Assembly (NCBI RefSeq): GCF_009914755.1
Contig: NC_060931.1
Reading direction: 5' to 3' (one strand)
From: the human T2T-CHM13v2.0 reference genome, Homo sapiens
DNA: 64,000 nt
In this document: positions 59,398 to 64,000 of the stretch, piece by piece
Numbering within the stretch: the first letter of the stretch is position 1
Layout: each line of letters opens with the position of its first letter
The notes under the pieces: generated by a model
What the model saw: only the letters and a program-made list of their open reading frames with translations
What the model was told of the DNA's origin: nothing
Database searches by the model: none
Program-made: the position numbers and the translations under genes

Positions 59398-59930
59398 GGA
59401 GCAACACAGACTATGTCTAATCTTGCAAATATTTTAAAGCAGTTAGCATGACCCTTTAAATCTCCTCTTCAGACTAAATATTCTCTGATTCTTCTGCTCT
59501 TCCTGTGATATATTTTGGATGCCTTTATTCACACTTATTTGTCAATTTTCCCCCTAAAATGTGGTGGCCAAATGTGGCCAATCCAATGCACTCTACAATG
59601 GAATAATTACTTCTCTAGATCCGGATGTTTCACTTCTCCTAAAGCAACCTAGATTTATGTTAGCATTTTTGGAGGCCAGATCATACAGTTGGCTCAAGTA
59701 AAACCTGATTCTCCTATCCAGAACATTAGCTATGCCTCCCAACTTTGTGTCAACTGCAGATTTGACAAGCATGATTTTTACATCTTCATCCAAACTGTTG
59801 ATAAAAAATGTTGAAGAAGAAAAGGCCAAAAGCAGCTTTGAGGAACACCTCTGGTCTTTCCCTGCATATTGACATCCATCCATCCACTAGTTTGGTGACA
59901 TTGTTTCACCAGCTTCACATCTACCCCTCT
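59398..59930 (-). mobile_element. L3/CR1 LINE fossil with reverse-transcriptase remnant
   Basis: ORF 59593..59883(-) FFINSLDEDVKIMLVKSAVDTKLGG...KNANINLGCFRRSETSGSREVIIPL resembles CR1 ORF2 (FINDLD...SKFADDTKLGG...KANxILGCIxRSxxSRSREVILPL). Confidence 0.85.
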
Positions 59931-60874
59931 GTACTATCAGAAATAACTCAGCAAGATAGAGTCACTCTTTGTGTTTTTGAAATTGGAGACTTAATTTATC
60001 TAGAGGTAAAACGCTATTTCTTTATCAATGAAGACAGGTTTTGAACCCATAATTGGGACAATGTGAACTCAGGAAGTAATTTCATGTTTGAGTTACTATG
60101 TAATGCTTAAAGAAAAAAAAAATCGCCTTCTCTTAATGTGAAGTGATAATGCTTTTGCTGGGTTGTTTATTTTTCCAAAATGTTTTGAAATTACTCTCTG
60201 GGTTTTGGAGAAGACTGGAGAATTTGCAGATTTTGTGTGTTGGGTAGAGAAGAGATTACAGGAGAGTTAGAATATGTCTTTCAGGAGCTTTTTCCATTTC
60301 TGGTAGAGATCACAGAGATGAAGAGATGCCTTTAAAGTGTTGATGAAGGAGAGTGTTGGATATATTCCTAGATAGTGATTAGTATTCTTTTTGGTGATTC
60401 TCAGAGAAGATTCTTAAACTTTTGGGGGAGAGGGGATTACTTCTTTCTCTTATTTAACATGCTTTACTCTGAAGAAATTAAACCTATTCTTTGTGCCGCA
60501 GCATAAGTCAGTTTTCTTTGTCTTTTTCCATGGTGGATGTAAACAATGGTGGTTGTCATCATTTGAGCCAAAGTGCTCAAAGATTGGAAGCTCAACTCTC
60601 AGCATCTTCCTTCATTGGCCCCTGTAACATTTTAAAAAAGGTTTTACTTTTTACTATATATTCAAGGCTTGTGGCTTTCTTCTTAATCCTGATCCTCTCT
60701 TTTTCCTCAGCCCATAACTGAACCGTAATTTAACAATACCTTAATATCTAAAACTGCATTATTGCATACTTGCAGATTGCAAGATGAACAGACAGGACAT
60801 TAGCACTCTCGAAAATTGACCAGGGAACAAAAAGGTAATGTTTCATCATATGGAATATTCTAGGAATGTTATAG

Positions 60875-61660
60875 TTCACCCATTCACTCAATAGTTATTG
60901 AGCACTCTGATATATCAGGCACTAAGCTAGGCAATGGAGACATAATGGGGAGTAAAATCAGATTTAGTTTCTTCTCTCACTGGGCTTACCGTCTAGGGGA
61001 GAAACAGCTATTAATCAAATAATCAAGAAGAATTGTAAACCACTGTACTGTAAAGGAAAAGGAGATGGTGCCCATCACTTCGGTGAGTGTGGGCAGGAAA
61101 GGTTTGCCTACATGATGATTGATTCTGAGGTCTGAAGGTGGAGGCAGGGCAAGGGCATTGGCGTTAGAAAGCAGCATACAAGGCCCGATGCTGGAATGCA
61201 GCATGGTTAGTACGAGGGTAGGAAATATCTAGAATGTGGAATGAATCACATAGAGCAAGAGTGGAGGTGGTGTGAGTTGAGCTGGGAGGTAGGAAGGGTC
61301 CCACACGGACTTCAGAGGCCATACAAGGAGTGCTGACAGTGTCTTCCAAACCGATGGCTTAGGGTGTGTGTTCTGGGGAGTGGGTGGGAGGGGAACCTCA
61401 CAAATGCTGTGTGTAATGTGATCACTTTTGCATTTTGAGATCACAGTGGCTATAGTATGGGAAAAAGGAGGAAAAGAAGCCAGAGTGCATGAAGGAGAAC
61501 ATTGTCTAGACAAGGATAGAAGATGATGGCAGTTGGTTATAGGTTGGTGGAAGGATGGACGGAAAGATTGGAAGAGATGAGGGACACTTAGTTAAATTTG
61601 TAGGACTTGGAAACTGCCTAAGAGGGTGATGGAAAAGAGGCATCCAGGATAATTCAAGGA
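60875..61660 (-). mobile_element. L2 fragment
   Basis: cattcactcaatagttattgagcac...caggcactaagctaggc and gcattttgagatcac. Confidence 0.7.
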
Positions 61661-62589
61661 GAGTCATATGTCTTATATTTTTCTTTGCGAATTTAAAGAT
61701 TGTGATCTTAAAAATTAAATTGTACAGCATCAATAATTCTAAAAGGAGAGTCAAAAATGGTTCTGTGCCTTGGATCTATTATTGATAGAGTAGGTGACTA
61801 TGAACAAGATGAAAAATGTTAAGTGTCTTTTAACTTAAACAATGGACTAAATGGTACCTATAGTTTCTGACCTCCTCAAGACCCAGGGAAATAAGTTTGT
61901 CAAGGTTCAGTTTCAAAAGAAATAACACAAATCATTTTTAGTCCAATTCTCTAAATCTCTAGATCCTATAAAAAAACGAAAGTGTGTTCCTGCACTGCCA
62001 CCAATGCACATTGCCATTTCCTTTCATCCTACTTTACCCAATCATAGTGTTTTCCCACATCAGAAAAATTTTCCAGTGTATAAGAGAAGCCTTTGGACTG
62101 TGAGTATATATAAGCCTGTTCCTGCCTTTGGGGTCCCACAACGACACAGTAGGCTCACAGTCTAAGCCAGGTGCCCAGTTTCCATCTGGACTCCTGACAA
62201 ACTGTGTGGTCAGGATTTAGAAATCAGAAACCTGGGAAAGGTGCAATGTGATGGACACAGCCACCCCAAATACCGTATATGTTATCACCATCGTTTAACA
62301 CGTAGTGCAGGAAATCCTTTTCTTTGCCAAAGAACTTCAAAGGACCACTTCTAGTTCTCTTGGGTAACATTTATTTTTTCTTTGCTAACACCAAAGCGCA
62401 GACAGATACATATTTTTTCTTTAGTAAATTGCTAGTGGCACTCCATTTTTTTCCCTCCCATCTTCAACCCATTGTCCAATAGACCTCTTAAATTTCCCCA
62501 CCCTTCTAGGCTGAAGAGCTGTATCTTGCCACTTATAAAGACTTACTTATTGCCCTTACCTATTACTTTGTTTGGCCAAGCACTTTCTC

Positions 62590-62770
62590 TTTCTTTTCTT
62601 TTCTTTTTTTTTTTCTTTTTTAGAGACAGAGTCTCACTCTGTCCCTCTGTCTGTAATGTGGAGTGTAGAGGTGTAATCCTGGCTTACTGCAGCCTCAAAC
62701 TCCTGGGCTCAAGTGATCCTCCTGCCTCAGCCTCCCAAAGTGCTGACATTACAGGCATAAGCACTACACC
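62590..62770 (-). mobile_element. Alu monomer (FLAM-like)
   Basis: Poly-T, gagacagagtctcactc...ctcccaaagtgctgacattacaggc, single arm. Confidence 0.8.
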
Positions 62771-63811
62771 GCTTTCTCTTTCTTTATTGGGTTCTAAATT
62801 TCTTTCTCACCTTTCGGTCCCAATGTGTTGATCAGCCTTCTCTGCTCAGTGTGAATTTTCTCTGGGTGTCTGAGTAACTTTCTTTTCTATGAAGACCTAT
62901 CTCGCATATTTTACTTACTTTTGAATTTTAAACATATAAGCCTTCATTTGAAGGCATCAGAAATAAATACATGATATTAGGTCCTATAAGTGACTCAGAC
63001 ATCTCATGTTCTTTCACTGGTTTATTCATGCTATTAATATACATCTGTGGAATGCCTACTATGGTCCAAGCACCACGGGATAGAGTTGTGAATACAAACA
63101 TCCTATGTTCCAGAGGAAAAGACATGGAACAAGTAACTAGACGCTTGATTATTGTTCTGTGTTTCCATTACTCCATGCATTGTGAGAGATGGATTTTATG
63201 AAAATACAGCAGAAAGAGGCAACTCTTATTCTGATCGTTGGATCCCAGATGTCTTGTCATGTATTCCAATCACGCATCCTCATTCCACAGGTTGTTGAGC
63301 TTGTGTCCTCAGTCCTGAGATTATGATTTGGAAAGGTAGTCGTTTTCTTAAAAAATGTATATATATGGTTGGGCACTCTTATAGGACTAAAAATGAAAGG
63401 GAAAAAGCCAGTGTGCTTGTCATGCAAAGCAGGATGCAGAGTGACTATTCACTAAATCACAGTATTATGCACTTACCACAAAAATCATTTTCAAATCTGA
63501 TATTCATCCTTCAAGTCAGAGAAGGCAGGCACTAAATATCTCTGATGCAAACCTCACATCAGGATGGCAGCAGAGTGGTAAGGAAACTTTAAGGCATTTT
63601 CTCACATGCTTTACTCTAAGGGTGGGTAGTTATTTTTCATCTCCTCGTAGCTGTATGTTATAACAAGATGAATGGGCCTATGGCTTGCCGGAAGCCATAA
63701 CTCTCTATGTAGTTGACATGACTAGATTCCCAGTTTTGGCCTTTGAGAGCTTGAGAGTAGAATAAAAACATTGACTCCTCCTGACCTTTCCCCTGTGTCT
63801 TCTCTGGGCAG

Positions 63812-63984
63812 AATATCTCGATGCATAATGCAGTTGGTGGGGCCATGACGGGGCCCGGAACTCACCAGCTTAGCAGCGCTCGGCTGCCCAACCATGACAC
63901 CAACGTTGTGATTCAGCAAGCCATGCCGTCGCCTCAGTCCAGCTCTGTCATCACTCAGGCACCTTCCACCAACCGCCAGATCGG
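63812..63984 (+). CDS. CREB5: CREB5 next coding exon (probably exon 5)
   Basis: Branch-like ctgac at 63781-63785, pyrimidine tract, AG 63810-63811. Encodes NISMHNAVGGAMTGPGTHQLSSARLPNHDTNVVIQQAMPSPQSSSVITQAPSTNRQIG. Donor GG|GTAAGG at 63985. 173 nt, phase 0 to phase 2. Not listed in the ORF track. Confidence 0.96.
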
Positions 63985-64000
63985 GTAAGGAGCCCTCCTT

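Overview
Primate genomic DNA, most likely human (AluJ, AluS and AluY elements are all present), from inside CREB5 (ATF2/CRE-BPa bZIP family) on the + strand. Two coding exons are present: 945-1066 (122 nt, DQTPTPTRFLKNCEEVGLF...EEESSKR) and 63812-63984 (173 nt, NISMHNAVGG...TNRQIG). They splice in frame across one 62,745-nt GT-AG intron (1067-63811). The intron holds about 16 Alus, plus L1, L2 and L3/CR1 fragments, MIRs, MaLR/ERVL LTRs, DNA transposon fossils and microsatellites. Almost all ORFs in the supplied track are spurious. The most unusual element is a 327-bp tract of perfectly alternating purine-pyrimidine (GY)n with about 66 CpGs (54163-54489). It is a candidate for Z-DNA, a self-pairing RNA and a methylation-sensitive VNTR. 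Other notable structures are a ~150-bp near-identical copy lying inside a polypurine tract (27941-28095 vs 28793-28938), an older ~120-bp direct repeat, an Alu-interrupted Tigger transposase fossil and a CR1 reverse-transcriptase fossil. I found no convincing new protein-coding or RNA gene. Repeat boundaries and subfamilies were assigned by eye and are approximate.
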